DNA from: an uncultured Fidelibacterota bacterium
Lineage (GTDB): Bacteria > Fidelibacterota > Marinisomatia > Marinisomatales > UBA1611
Assembly: GCA_913040915.1 (NCBI GenBank)
Contig: CAJWHW010000004.1
Coordinates: forward strand, 1-64,000
Length of the DNA: 64,000 bases
Direction of reading: 5' to 3'
The position numbers were made by a program, and so were the translations under genes. The first letter of the stretch is position 1, and each line of letters opens with the position of its first letter. The notes under the pieces were generated by a model. It worked only from the letters and a program-made list of their open reading frames with translations, did not search any database and was not told the origin of the DNA. This document shows, one piece after another, positions 18,950 through 29,002 of the stretch.

Positions 18950-20512
18950 TTATAAAATATTTTTTCTTTTTAAGAATGGATCTTTACTTTCAAGACCTCT
19001 TATTCTATAGGTAATCGACTTATATAAAGATTTTAAATTTTTATATTTATCAACATAATTAGGATCTGGATTACAACGTAATTGTTCATCATATTCTACA
19101 AAATTATCTGTGAGCTCGGTCAAATTAATATTTTTATTACCTGATTCTAATTCCCAAACCCATGCTGCGTGTATCGCGGCACCTAAAGCAGCTCCTTCAC
19201 CTATTACTGGAACAGCTTGACAATTAAAAATATTTGCTATGGTTTGACACCAGCTTTTTGATAAAGACAATCCGCCTGTTAAATGGAGTATCTTTGGCTT
19301 AACTGGCATTCTTTCAAAACCTTGATTTAAGTTAAGTATGTGACCTTCAAGTATTCCCCTTGCAATGGATTTTTTATTAAGGTCTTTAAATCCAAATCCA
19401 AAATATAGTGGTGCTGCATTAGGTATATCAGGCGTTCTTTCACCTTCATACCAAGGTACAATAATGTTACCATTATTACATGGCTCTGTCTTGGAAATCA
19501 AATCTTCAAAATCTAGATGAGATAGAGAATGTTCTTTTAAAAATGTATTATATCCGCCTGACATATTTGAGACACAAAGAAGCGGCATATAGTTTCCAGT
19601 GCTATCACAAAATAAAGCAATCTCTCCTTCTTCATCAACATATGGGTTTTCTAATATTGTAAACGCAGTCCCACTGGTACCGAGACTAATTGTAACAGTC
19701 CCTGGTTTTGTATTTGCAGTACCAATGGCACTGTACATATTATCACCTGATCCGGCATCAATTTTACATTGAGGATTGAAACCATACTTGGCAACTAATT
19801 CTTCTGAGATATTTCCAATTGATTCTGTAGATGAAGTAACATTTGGTAATTTTTCTAACAAATCATCAGAAATTATTTTTATTAACTCTGTTGACCATGT
19901 TTTGCTTACAGGATCCCATAGACCACTACCAGAAGCATCTCCCGGCTCCATAGCGATTATTCCACCTGTTAAATACCAGTTAATAAAATTATGAACCAGT
20001 AAAAATGAATCTGTATTCTCATAATATGATTTCTCATTTCTATACATATGAAATATTTTTGATGCAGTATATCCTGTCCGTTGAGTATTGCCAATTTTTG
20101 CAATCATGGCACTTACTCCACCTAATGAATCTGTTAATATTTCACATTCACGTTGTGTTGAAAAATCATTCCAAAGTTTGGATGTTGGTTTGGTCAGTTT
20201 ACCAAATTTATCCAGTGCAACTAAACCATGCTGTTGGCCAGAAATAGATAATGCATTTATTTTATGTAATATTTGTCCTTCAAGTTTTAATCTTTGGAAA
20301 ATAATGTTGAGAGCTTCAATCCACATATTGGGGTCGGACTCTGAGATCCCCAGTGAGTTATCCCCAATTGTGCCATTTATGGTACGATAAGTTGGTAAAT
20401 CAGTATCATAAACCAGCGTATCCTGATATATTATAGAATAATTGGAAATATTTAATACGGAGATTGTTAGACTTTGAGTTGAAACATCGATTCCTGCAAA
20501 AAATTTATCCAT
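18950..20512 (-). CDS. FGGY-family carbohydrate kinase, xylulokinase-like
   Basis: GIDVSTQS, SGQQHGLV, LWND, GDNM, SLGTSGT, GERTP, GAALGAA. Confidence 0.85.
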   Translation of the reverse strand: MDKFFAGIDVSTQSLTISVLNISNYSIIYQDTLVYDTDLPTYRTINGTIGDNSLGISESDPNMWIEALNIIFQRLKLEGQILHKINALSISGQQHGLVALDKFGKLTKPTSKLWNDFSTQRECEILTDSLGGVSAMIAKIGNTQRTGYTASKIFHMYRNEKSYYENTDSFLLVHNFINWYLTGGIIAMEPGDASGSGLWDPVSKTWSTELIKIISDDLLEKLPNVTSSTESIGNISEELVAKYGFNPQCKIDAGSGDNMYSAIGTANTKPGTVTISLGTSGTAFTILENPYVDEEGEIALFCDSTGNYMPLLCVSNMSGGYNTFLKEHSLSHLDFEDLISKTEPCNNGNIIVPWYEGERTPDIPNAAPLYFGFGFKDLNKKSIARGILEGHILNLNQGFERMPVKPKILHLTGGLSLSKSWCQTIANIFNCQAVPVIGEGAALGAAIHAAWVWELESGNKNINLTELTDNFVEYDEQLRCNPDPNYVDKYKNLKSLYKSITYRIRGLESKDPFLKRKNIL

Positions 20513-20769
20513 ATATTATTTTCTTATTAATTATGATTAAGGAGTATTTCATTAAAAAGGCCTCAGCATAATAAATGAATAACCGAAGATACAATTGCCC
20601 AAAAAAAGAAAAACTGTTTATGGGTTTAAAACATCTCAATAAAATATTATGCTTATTTATATTAGAAATTTTATGATAGTATCGTTTGTAAACAATCAAT
20701 TTCAATTATATATAATTGTTTAAACTGAATTTTGATCATCTATTTGTATATTTAAATGATCTATTATAA

Positions 20770-22407
20770 TTGACTATGACTATTTTTACTACATTTGACT
20801 GGATTGTACTGGCTCTCTTTTTTGGTGTGCTTGGTTATATTATTTGGTGGGTTATCAACCAAAAACAAGATTCCACTGAAGAATACTTCTTGGCCGGAAG
20901 AAACTTAGGCTGGTTTGTAATTGGAGCTTCAATTTTCGCCTCTAATATAGGCTCTGAACACATTGTTGGATTAGCAGGAACAGCTGCAAATAGCGGTATG
21001 GTTATGGGGCACTATGAATTACATTCTTGGATTATTCTGTTACTGGGTTGGGTATTTGTACCATTTTATTTACGCAGTACTGTTTTCACAATGCCCGAAT
21101 TTATCGAGCGTAGATATTCTGAAGAGTCCAGATGGATTTTGACGGTTATTACCCTGATTAGTTATGTTCTTACGAAAGTGTCTGTTACGGTGTATGCCGG
21201 AGCTGTTGTTTTTCAAACTCTAATGGGTATTGAATTTTGGTCGGGAGCACTTACAATCGTTATATTGACAGGCCTATATACTGTCCTTGGCGGATTAAGA
21301 GCAGTAATCTATACTGATGCAATTCAGGCCATAGTCTTATTAGTAGGATCAGCAACCATTACTATTTTGGGCTTAATAAAGATTGGAGGCTGGAATAATT
21401 TAGTTTCTGGAATTGAAGCATCACATTTTAACATGTTTCTGCCAGCAGACCATCCGGATTTTCCTTGGATCGGTATGGTTTTTGCTCCGCCGATTATAGG
21501 TATTTGGTATTGGTGTACAGATCAATATATTGTACAAAGAGTTTTATCAGCGAGGGATGAAACACAGGCAAGAAGAGGGACCATTTTCGCAGGATATTTA
21601 AAGATATTACCTATTTTTATGTTTTTTATCCCAGGGTTAATTGCTTATGCCCTATCTAAATCAGGTCAAATGAGCTATGGATCATCTGATCAAGTTTTCC
21701 CAATGCTTGTTAGAGACCTTTTACCCTCTGGTATCCGCGGTCTGGTAGCTGGCGGACTTTTAGCTGCTTTGATGAGTTCTCTTTCTTCAGTTTTCAATTC
21801 TTGTTCCACATTATTTACAATGGATATTTATAAAAAACTTAATCCAAATGTTGAAGAAAAAAAGCTAGTATTTGTTGGCCGACTAGCTACAGGTATTGTG
21901 GTGTTAACTGGAATATTGTGGATACCTTTAATGAAAGTTGTCAGCAGTGGTGGGCTATACAAATATTTGCAAAGTGTTCAGGCATATATAGCACCACCAA
22001 TTGCAGCAGTATTTTTACTTGGGATATTCTGGAAAAGAATCAATGCAAACGGTGCTCTGGCTACCTTGATAAGTGGTTTTTCAGCTGGGATGCTGCGCCT
22101 TTTTCTAGAGATAAAGAAGGAAACTCTTTCATCCGGTTTTTGGCTCAGCGTTGCAGAGCTTAATTTTCTCTATTTTGCAATTTTCTCATTTTTATTTTCA
22201 GTCATAATATTGATAGTGGTAAGTCTATTTACTCCTGAACCTAATCTGGACAAACTACAGGGGCTCACTTTTGGCACAGTGACACAGGAAGATAAAAAAT
22301 TGTCACAACAAAGTTGGGTTAATTCAGATTTAATCCATTCTGTAGTAATTGTTCTCATCCTGATATTAATATTGGTTTATTTTTCGCCGCTTGGCATTGG
22401 AGGTTAA
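20770..22407 (+). CDS. Sodium:solute symporter (SSS, SGLT-like sugar subfamily)
   Basis: YFLAGR, SNIGSEH, TMPEF, YTD..Q, WYWCTDQYIVQR. Confidence 0.92.
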   Translation: MTMTIFTTFDWIVLALFFGVLGYIIWWVINQKQDSTEEYFLAGRNLGWFVIGASIFASNIGSEHIVGLAGTAANSGMVMGHYELHSWIILLLGWVFVPFYLRSTVFTMPEFIERRYSEESRWILTVITLISYVLTKVSVTVYAGAVVFQTLMGIEFWSGALTIVILTGLYTVLGGLRAVIYTDAIQAIVLLVGSATITILGLIKIGGWNNLVSGIEASHFNMFLPADHPDFPWIGMVFAPPIIGIWYWCTDQYIVQRVLSARDETQARRGTIFAGYLKILPIFMFFIPGLIAYALSKSGQMSYGSSDQVFPMLVRDLLPSGIRGLVAGGLLAALMSSLSSVFNSCSTLFTMDIYKKLNPNVEEKKLVFVGRLATGIVVLTGILWIPLMKVVSSGGLYKYLQSVQAYIAPPIAAVFLLGIFWKRINANGALATLISGFSAGMLRLFLEIKKETLSSGFWLSVAELNFLYFAIFSFLFSVIILIVVSLFTPEPNLDKLQGLTFGTVTQEDKKLSQQSWVNSDLIHSVVIVLILILILVYFSPLGIGG

Positions 22408-22485
22408 TAATATATTGCCAGTGTTTACGATTAGGTAAAAAGAACACGTAGCTTTTGACTAACTCAAATAAAGCTAGGGCACATT

Positions 22486-22845
22486 TTAAATCCAGACATC
22501 GTTCTCAGTTGTGAGTGAACCACCAGCGTCTCCAGTATTGGTTACCCCTTTTGGTTCTATGATCATAATCTGGCATTCGTTCTGTGCTGCCGGTTTGTGT
22601 TTCATACCCTTGGGAACAACAATCATTTCACCCTTTGACAGTGTTACGGTTTTATCAGGGAATTCAATGGTCAGTTCACCATCCAGTACGATGAATGCTT
22701 CGTCCGTATCTTCATGAGCATGCCAGATAAACTCACCATCCACCTTTGCAAGTTTGAACTGATAATCATTCATTTCAGCGATTACCTTTGGTGTCCAGTG
22801 ATCCGAAATTTTTTCGAGTTTTTCAGAAAGATTGATTATTTGCAA
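22486..22845 (-). CDS. Cupin domain protein
   Basis: GEFIWHAHEDTDE and VVPKGMKHKP cupin motifs. Confidence 0.88.
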   Translation of the reverse strand: MQIINLSEKLEKISDHWTPKVIAEMNDYQFKLAKVDGEFIWHAHEDTDEAFIVLDGELTIEFPDKTVTLSKGEMIVVPKGMKHKPAAQNECQIMIIEPKGVTNTGDAGGSLTTENDVWI

Positions 22846-22853
22846 AGGATGTC

Positions 22854-24341
22854 CTAAGTAATCGGGTTTCCCGTATTGCGATCATTCACACGCATGGTTT
22901 CCATTTCAACTACCTTGGCTGCATCAATATCATTAGCCACGTAATTTCCATCCAGGCAGGCCATACATGGTCGGTCAATGTGATGATCCCCTCTGCGGGT
23001 TACTGCCTCCACAAGATCATCGATGGTTTGATAGAGCAGGGCATCCACTTCCATATATGCTTCAATGGCATCTTCTGTCATATTTCCTGCGATAAGTTCA
23101 TCCTTGGTAGGCATATCCACGCCGTAAAAGCAAGGCGATTTCACAGGAGGGCAAGCCACAGCGAAATAGACTTCCTTTGCCCCGAAATCTTTAAGCATAC
23201 GAACGATCTCCCAACTGGTATTCCCTCGGACAATGCTGTCATCCATGATCATGACTTTTTTATTTCTGATTTCTAATTCCTGAGGTACCAGCTTGTATTT
23301 TACAGATTTTTTCCGTTCCGCTTGCCCTGGCATAATAAAGGTTCTGCCGATGAACGTGTTTTTGTACAGGCCTTCCGAATAACGAACACCAAGTTCATGA
23401 GCAAAGGATAGTGCAGCGGTATTGGCCGTGCTCGGTGCAGGTATCACAATATCCGGTATTTTATTTGGATATTTTTTTTGCCAGGCTTCTGCCAGATTTT
23501 GCCCCATGCGCAGGCGTGCCCTGTATACACTCACATCATTCAGGGTGGAATCAGGGCGGGCAAAATATACATATTCAAAAATGCAGGGATTGAATTCCTT
23601 CTTTATTAGGCGCTTGTTGAAAACCTGTCCACTTTCATCCACGTAAATTAATTCACCGGGCAGTACAGTTCCGGTGGGCTCATATCCTAGTGCATAAAAC
23701 ATGGTGTTTTCGGAAGCAAAAATATAATCTTTTCTGCCATTACCATTCGATCGCTGCCCCTTAACCAGAGGACGAATCCCCTGGGGGTCTCTAAAAACAA
23801 CAAGTCCTTTGCCAATAATAATACATGTAACGGAATATGCCCCCGTTACTTTATTAAAAATATTTTTGACTGCTTCACATAGCAGTTCAAAGAATTCTTC
23901 ACTAGTTTGGGGAGGAATTTCTTTATGCAATGCGTCAGCAAATAAATGCAATAGCACTTCTGAATCACTGGTTGTATTTAGGTACCTTGTTTCTTTTTTT
24001 GTTACTTCAGAAGCCATCTCATTATAGTTTGTTAAATTGCCGTTATGGGCTAGTGCAATACCGTAAGGAACTGATGTCCAAAAAGGTTGGACCTCTCCAT
24101 GACTAAATCCGCCGTGAGTAGGATAGCGGTTGTGAGAAATACCAATGTTCCCCGTTAGAAGCTGCATGTTTTCTTTATTGAAAATTTCTTTGGCTAGGCC
24201 GACCCCTTTCTCTTTATGCATTCGGTCGTCATAAGTCATGATGCCAGCGGCGTCTTGTCCTCGGTGCTGTAGGTGAATTATACTATCGTAAAGCTCAGCG
24301 GCAACAGGTTTATGAGAAAATATTCCGGCGATTCCGCACAT
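22854..24341 (-). CDS. purF: Amidophosphoribosyltransferase
   Basis: N-terminal CG, QHRGQD, CIFEYVYFARPDS, DDSIVRG. Confidence 0.97.
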   Translation of the reverse strand: MCGIAGIFSHKPVAAELYDSIIHLQHRGQDAAGIMTYDDRMHKEKGVGLAKEIFNKENMQLLTGNIGISHNRYPTHGGFSHGEVQPFWTSVPYGIALAHNGNLTNYNEMASEVTKKETRYLNTTSDSEVLLHLFADALHKEIPPQTSEEFFELLCEAVKNIFNKVTGAYSVTCIIIGKGLVVFRDPQGIRPLVKGQRSNGNGRKDYIFASENTMFYALGYEPTGTVLPGELIYVDESGQVFNKRLIKKEFNPCIFEYVYFARPDSTLNDVSVYRARLRMGQNLAEAWQKKYPNKIPDIVIPAPSTANTAALSFAHELGVRYSEGLYKNTFIGRTFIMPGQAERKKSVKYKLVPQELEIRNKKVMIMDDSIVRGNTSWEIVRMLKDFGAKEVYFAVACPPVKSPCFYGVDMPTKDELIAGNMTEDAIEAYMEVDALLYQTIDDLVEAVTRRGDHHIDRPCMACLDGNYVANDIDAAKVVEMETMRVNDRNTGNPIT

Positions 24342-25693
24342 TAGATTAGATCCACTAGTTTAGGGGCAATGCCTACATATGTTTTGGGAGATAAGGATAA
24401 TAGAATATTCTTATCTTCCTTAGAGATATTCAATCCCGACACAAATTCTGCCATGGATTCAGCATTGATGGTTTGTCCGTGAGTCAGTGATTTCAATTGT
24501 TCGTAAGCGTTTGGTTTCCCTGATTTTCGTAAAATGGTCTGTACTGCTTCTGCCAGCACTTCCCAGTGGTTATCCAGCTCATTCCCCATCTGTATTTTAT
24601 TAATTGTAATTCTCCCCAAGCCTTTTAAAATATTTTTAAGAGCTAAGTAAGAATGCCCTAGAGATACACCCTGATTACGCAGAGTGGTAGAATCTGTGAG
24701 ATCGCGCTGCATGCTTGAGATGGGTAGTTTTACCGCTAGGTGATTTAATAAAGCATTGGCAATCCCCATGTTCCCTTCCGCATTCTCGAATTGAATGGGG
24801 TTAATCTTATGGGGCATTGTGGAAGAGCCTACTTCGCCAGCTACCTTTTTTTGCATCAATACTCCCCGGCTTATGTAAGCCCAAATATCACGGCACAGGT
24901 CAGTCAGAATAGAGTTTACACGTACGATCTGGTGATAACTTTCTGCTAAAGAATCATGGTCTTCAATCTGAGTAGTGATAAGATTTGGTTCAAGCCCGAA
25001 TGATTTAATGAATCTGGATGCAAATCGTGGCCAGTCTGTTTTTGGAGATGCAGTCACATGGGCAGACCAGGTGCCGGTAGCACCGCCAAATTTCCCCATC
25101 AGAGAATGAGTTTTTATTTTTTTGATTTGTCGATCGAGCCGACCGTAGAACACTGCCAGTTCTTTACCAAATGTAGTGGGGGTGGCCGGTTGGCCATGTG
25201 TCAAAGAGAGCATGGGAACATTCCTGTACTTACGAGCCAGTCTCTTTAAATACTTATTTATCGCTTGCAGTGCTGGTAGATACACTTGTTTTAATCCATC
25301 CTGCCACATGAGCGAATAGGATAAATTATTCACATCTTCCGATGTCAGAGCAAAATGGATCCAGGGATGGATGGATTGTTTAATTCTGCCCTGTATGTAA
25401 TATTCAATTGCTTTCACATCGTGATTAGTTGTTGATTCAATATTCTTTACTTTTTCTGCAGCAGCAGTGTTGAAGTTTTTATAGATATTCCGTAGGCGGG
25501 CCTGTTCATCTTTGGAAAATGGCGATAGTTCTTGAATGCTCTTTTCATGGCCCAAGGCTATGATATATTCTATCTCCACTTTTAAACGGTATTGCATAAG
25601 AGCAGATTCAGAAAAGTATGCAGAAAGGTCCTCTACGCTATTGTTATAACGTCCATCAAGTGGTGAAATTGCATTGAGTCGACTAGACACCAA
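24341..25693 (-). CDS. purB: Adenylosuccinate lyase
   Basis: AISPLDGRY, TNHDVKA, THGQPATP, GSSTMPHKINP. Confidence 0.96.
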   Translation of the reverse strand: MVSSRLNAISPLDGRYNNSVEDLSAYFSESALMQYRLKVEIEYIIALGHEKSIQELSPFSKDEQARLRNIYKNFNTAAAEKVKNIESTTNHDVKAIEYYIQGRIKQSIHPWIHFALTSEDVNNLSYSLMWQDGLKQVYLPALQAINKYLKRLARKYRNVPMLSLTHGQPATPTTFGKELAVFYGRLDRQIKKIKTHSLMGKFGGATGTWSAHVTASPKTDWPRFASRFIKSFGLEPNLITTQIEDHDSLAESYHQIVRVNSILTDLCRDIWAYISRGVLMQKKVAGEVGSSTMPHKINPIQFENAEGNMGIANALLNHLAVKLPISSMQRDLTDSTTLRNQGVSLGHSYLALKNILKGLGRITINKIQMGNELDNHWEVLAEAVQTILRKSGKPNAYEQLKSLTHGQTINAESMAEFVSGLNISKEDKNILLSLSPKTYVGIAPKLVDLI

Positions 25694-26069
25694 AAATGCG
25701 TTTAACAGCTAACGCACAATTACCTGGATCAACCACAGTAAGTACCGGTGTATTGCTGGGCATTTGCAGAGTCGAATGAATGTTCACCAGCATATCCGCC
25801 TTATCTGAAAAAGGCGGACAGCCTAAGGTGGGAAATGCAGAATTGGCAGCCACGAATCCGGACAGGGCATTGGATCGTCCGGCGATAGTGATATACACAA
25901 TATCTTTATTATCTTTATTAGCATTTAAGATATCCAGAACTTTCAGAGGCTCCTTATGTGCTGATGCTGCATGCTGTTCCCATGCAATTCCGTATTCATC
26001 CAGTTTGTCAGTAATTTTTTTCGCGTGGGGTTCATCTGATGTTGAACCCATGATAATCACTGTTTTCAT
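25683..26069 (-). CDS. purE: AIR carboxylase, class II type
   Basis: MGSTSD, SAHK, AGRSNAL (class II-type loop rather than class I AGGAAHL), P.LGCPP; 128 aa. Confidence 0.9.
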   Translation of the reverse strand: MKTVIIMGSTSDEPHAKKITDKLDEYGIAWEQHAASAHKEPLKVLDILNANKDNKDIVYITIAGRSNALSGFVAANSAFPTLGCPPFSDKADMLVNIHSTLQMPSNTPVLTVVDPGNCALAVKRIFGV

Positions 26070-27052
26070 AATTCATCCTTTAAGTTTGTGTTAATGCGTT
26101 TCTGTACTTCCTTACCGGTCTCTGGAAAAGGGAAGGCGACCCCAGTAATGGTTTCGTAGAGATATATATAGCGACTGGAAAGTTCAATCACCAAATCAGT
26201 CGGGGCCTCCGGCAATGTTTCATCGTTGTAGGGGTCACAATTATCCACGAACCACAGGCGTAGGAATTCTTTATCAATATTTTGAGGCTCCTGCCCATTG
26301 GAAATACGTTGTTCGTAGGTTTCAGCAATCCAATATCTGCTGGAATCTGGAGTATGGATTTCATCAATCAACACAATATTTCCATCGGCGTCTCGTCCCA
26401 TTTCATACTTAGTATCTACCAAGATCATGCCGTGTTCTGCTGCTTTCTGCTGGCCGAAGGTAAAAAGTTCCAGAGCCTTCTGACTGCAGTAATCCCAATC
26501 TTTCTGGTTCATCCATCCTTCGCTCACAATCTCTGCCGGTGCAATGGGCCGGTCATGGTGTTCCTCCTTTGTAGTCGGTGTAAGCATATTAGTATCTAGT
26601 TTTTGGTTTTTCTTAAGCCCTTCTGGTAGAACATTACCACAATATTGTCGATCACCATTATTATAAACCGTCCACAGCGATGTGCTGGTACTACCTGTAA
26701 TATATCCGCGAACCACAAATTCAATGGGGAAAACATCGCATGTTTTTACCAATGTTACATTGGGGTCTGGCACATGAAGCACATGGTTTGGAATAATGTT
26801 TTTTGTCTGATCAAACCACCAGGCGCTAGTTAGGTTAAGGACCTGTCCCTTAAAGGGAATAGCAGCCAGCACGCGGTCAAAAGCACTTTGTCGGTCCGTG
26901 GTTATCAACGCAATTTTATCTCCCAGGTTATATTGGTCTCTAACCTTGCCGGTCTTTTTGGAACCACTGGGAAGATTTGTTTTAGTGAGGGTGTTATTTA
27001 ATTCCGCCTCGATGCGGTCTTTGTAGTGTTTAGTTGATTCGATAGCATTCAT
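26066..27052 (-). CDS. purC: SAICAR synthetase
   Basis: GKVRD, TDRQSAFD, FKGQVLN, VDTKYE, DEIHTPDSSRYW. Confidence 0.96.
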   Translation of the reverse strand: MNAIESTKHYKDRIEAELNNTLTKTNLPSGSKKTGKVRDQYNLGDKIALITTDRQSAFDRVLAAIPFKGQVLNLTSAWWFDQTKNIIPNHVLHVPDPNVTLVKTCDVFPIEFVVRGYITGSTSTSLWTVYNNGDRQYCGNVLPEGLKKNQKLDTNMLTPTTKEEHHDRPIAPAEIVSEGWMNQKDWDYCSQKALELFTFGQQKAAEHGMILVDTKYEMGRDADGNIVLIDEIHTPDSSRYWIAETYEQRISNGQEPQNIDKEFLRLWFVDNCDPYNDETLPEAPTDLVIELSSRYIYLYETITGVAFPFPETGKEVQKRINTNLKDEL

Positions 27053-28286
27053 GAGATAGTGGGTTGTATAGTATATTAGTGTTTAATATGTCTTGTAAAA
27101 CAGTGTTTAAATTACCGCTATTTACGGATACATTCCATATGACACCACGCTTTAATTTGGTAAGTTCTTGAATTTCAAACCGTTCTGTAAGGGATTCAAA
27201 TTTTGCACGCCCATGCATATCTTCTTTCTGGCGCACTAAAAAAGACACTGTGTTTTTATCTGCTTTTGTTTGACTGATAAATTCTTTGTTTGAATTATAA
27301 AGCTCTCCTGTGGCATCAATGCGTTTTAAATTTGCATCCCGGTCGCCACTGGTAGAAATTTCCCAATGAGTCTGGCGGGAAATAGTGACATCGTGACCAA
27401 GTTGATTTAGTGCATTATGTACTGACGCTGCTTCGTTATCGGTAATAATCATATCAATCACCCATTCTGTTGCCTTCGGGTTTGCTATATGTTCTTGCAC
27501 TTCGTATTGGGGACGGTCATAGAATAATTTATGTTTTGTGATCGGATTTCCAAGTTCAATAAACTCTTTCATAGAAGAAAAAATAACATCTCCGTTATCC
27601 GTTCGTTCCGGATGAGGCATCATGGCCATAATATTTCCCTGCGTATTGCATACAGCAGCTAGGTTATACATAGATCCGTTGGGATTCGTAGGAAACTCAT
27701 CCATCACGTTTCCGTTGTCATCGCAGTAGCGGTAAACGGTTTGCTCATTAGCAATCATTTTTTCCAATAATTCTTCTGGAATGATAAAACGTCCTTCGCC
27801 ATGGGCTAGCGGTATATTAATAAAATCACCAGTCTTTAAATGACGTGTAAATGCACAGCGTTCAGGTGAAATAGACATTTGTAGATTAGCCCAGGTATTG
27901 TAATAACCCACACCCACAACATGGCCACCTTTTACCCGCTTGTTATCTGTGAGTGCCAATCCGACTCGGTGATTTGCCATCCCGGGGACGAGCTTGCTTT
28001 CTACCAGAATCTGGGCTCCATTGCAGATGCCAAGTACTGGCTTCCCTTTATTTGCCTCAATTTTGATCTTCTTCATGATGGGATCCAGGGCCGCAATAAC
28101 GCCGGCACGGGAGCGGTCTTCATAGGCAAATCCGCCCACAATTATATAACCATGAAAATCTGATAGTTTTTCGGCCTGCTCATTCCATAGAAATTCAATT
28201 GGGTTCAATCCCACGCGGTGGCAAGCCATGATTGTTTCACGTTCTGTATTGGAACCAGGGAATTGAATGATTGCAATTTTTGCCAT
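27030..28286 (-). CDS. purQ: FGAM synthase glutaminase subunit with a long C-terminal PurS-like extension
   Basis: FPGSN, GGFAYED, LGICNG.QIL, AHGEG, NPNGS, MMPHPER, then ~180 extra residues ending LYNPLSH (PurS-like L.NP motif). Start at 28286 or 28295. Confidence 0.9.
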   Translation of the reverse strand: MAKIAIIQFPGSNTERETIMACHRVGLNPIEFLWNEQAEKLSDFHGYIIVGGFAYEDRSRAGVIAALDPIMKKIKIEANKGKPVLGICNGAQILVESKLVPGMANHRVGLALTDNKRVKGGHVVGVGYYNTWANLQMSISPERCAFTRHLKTGDFINIPLAHGEGRFIIPEELLEKMIANEQTVYRYCDDNGNVMDEFPTNPNGSMYNLAAVCNTQGNIMAMMPHPERTDNGDVIFSSMKEFIELGNPITKHKLFYDRPQYEVQEHIANPKATEWVIDMIITDNEAASVHNALNQLGHDVTISRQTHWEISTSGDRDANLKRIDATGELYNSNKEFISQTKADKNTVSFLVRQKEDMHGRAKFESLTERFEIQELTKLKRGVIWNVSVNSGNLNTVLQDILNTNILYNPLSHECYRIN

Positions 28287-28291
28287 AGAGC

Positions 28292-29002
28292 TCACAGAGA
28301 ACTATTTAACCAACTATATATTTTTGTTATTGTTTTTTTACTCATTTCGTGACCAATAGAATCTTCAAAGTATTCAGCATTAGCCCCCAATCCATCAAAA
28401 AAGGCTTTTGCCTGTATTGACCATTTTTTACTAAAACTATCTTCTGTTCCATGCAAAATCAAAACATTCAGATCTTTATAATCATCTTCAGAGTTTCTTA
28501 ATGTATATTTAATTGGAATACGTGCACTATGAGCAAAGATACCTGCAAAATATTCTGGATGGGATAGGCCCAAATTAAAGGCCATAATCCCTCCTTGGCT
28601 AAAGCCACCTATAAATACATTAGAAATATCATAATTGTATTGTTTGTTGATTGTGTCAATAGTAGAGAGTATTCTTTGTTTACTATGTTCGATCTGTGTC
28701 TGATTGGATGCAGTATCTCCATCAATAATGCTAAACTCATACCATCTATTTAAAAAGCCCAACATAAATCCATAAGGTGCTTCTATGGATACAATAAGAA
28801 ACCGATCATCAATAATTTCAATTACATCATTAAATTGATTTTTATTGCTCCCGTATCCATGTAATAAGAATAACACAGGCGGTTTTTCTCCAACATCTTT
28901 ATGCATTTTTAATTTATATTGTAATGGTACATTGTTACTCGTGGCAAAAAGCACACAAAACACAATAATTAATACTAACAATGATGATAATATTCGTTTC
29001 AT
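28292..29002 (-). CDS. Secreted phospholipase/carboxylesterase (alpha/beta hydrolase)
   Basis: Signal peptide, LHGYG, GFSQG nucleophile, HG.ED, GHE. Confidence 0.88.
   Translation of the reverse strand: MKRILSSLLVLIIVFCVLFATSNNVPLQYKLKMHKDVGEKPPVLFLLHGYGSNKNQFNDVIEIIDDRFLIVSIEAPYGFMLGFLNRWYEFSIIDGDTASNQTQIEHSKQRILSTIDTINKQYNYDISNVFIGGFSQGGIMAFNLGLSHPEYFAGIFAHSARIPIKYTLRNSEDDYKDLNVLILHGTEDSFSKKWSIQAKAFFDGLGANAEYFEDSIGHEMSKKTITKIYSWLNSSL

Noticed and set aside
20513..20769. GTTT..AAAC-type motifs as a XylR/LacI operator, and the 66-aa ORF 20505-20705
   Set aside because: Imperfect motifs in very AT-rich DNA with no regulator nearby; the ORF is low-complexity and spans a divergent promoter.
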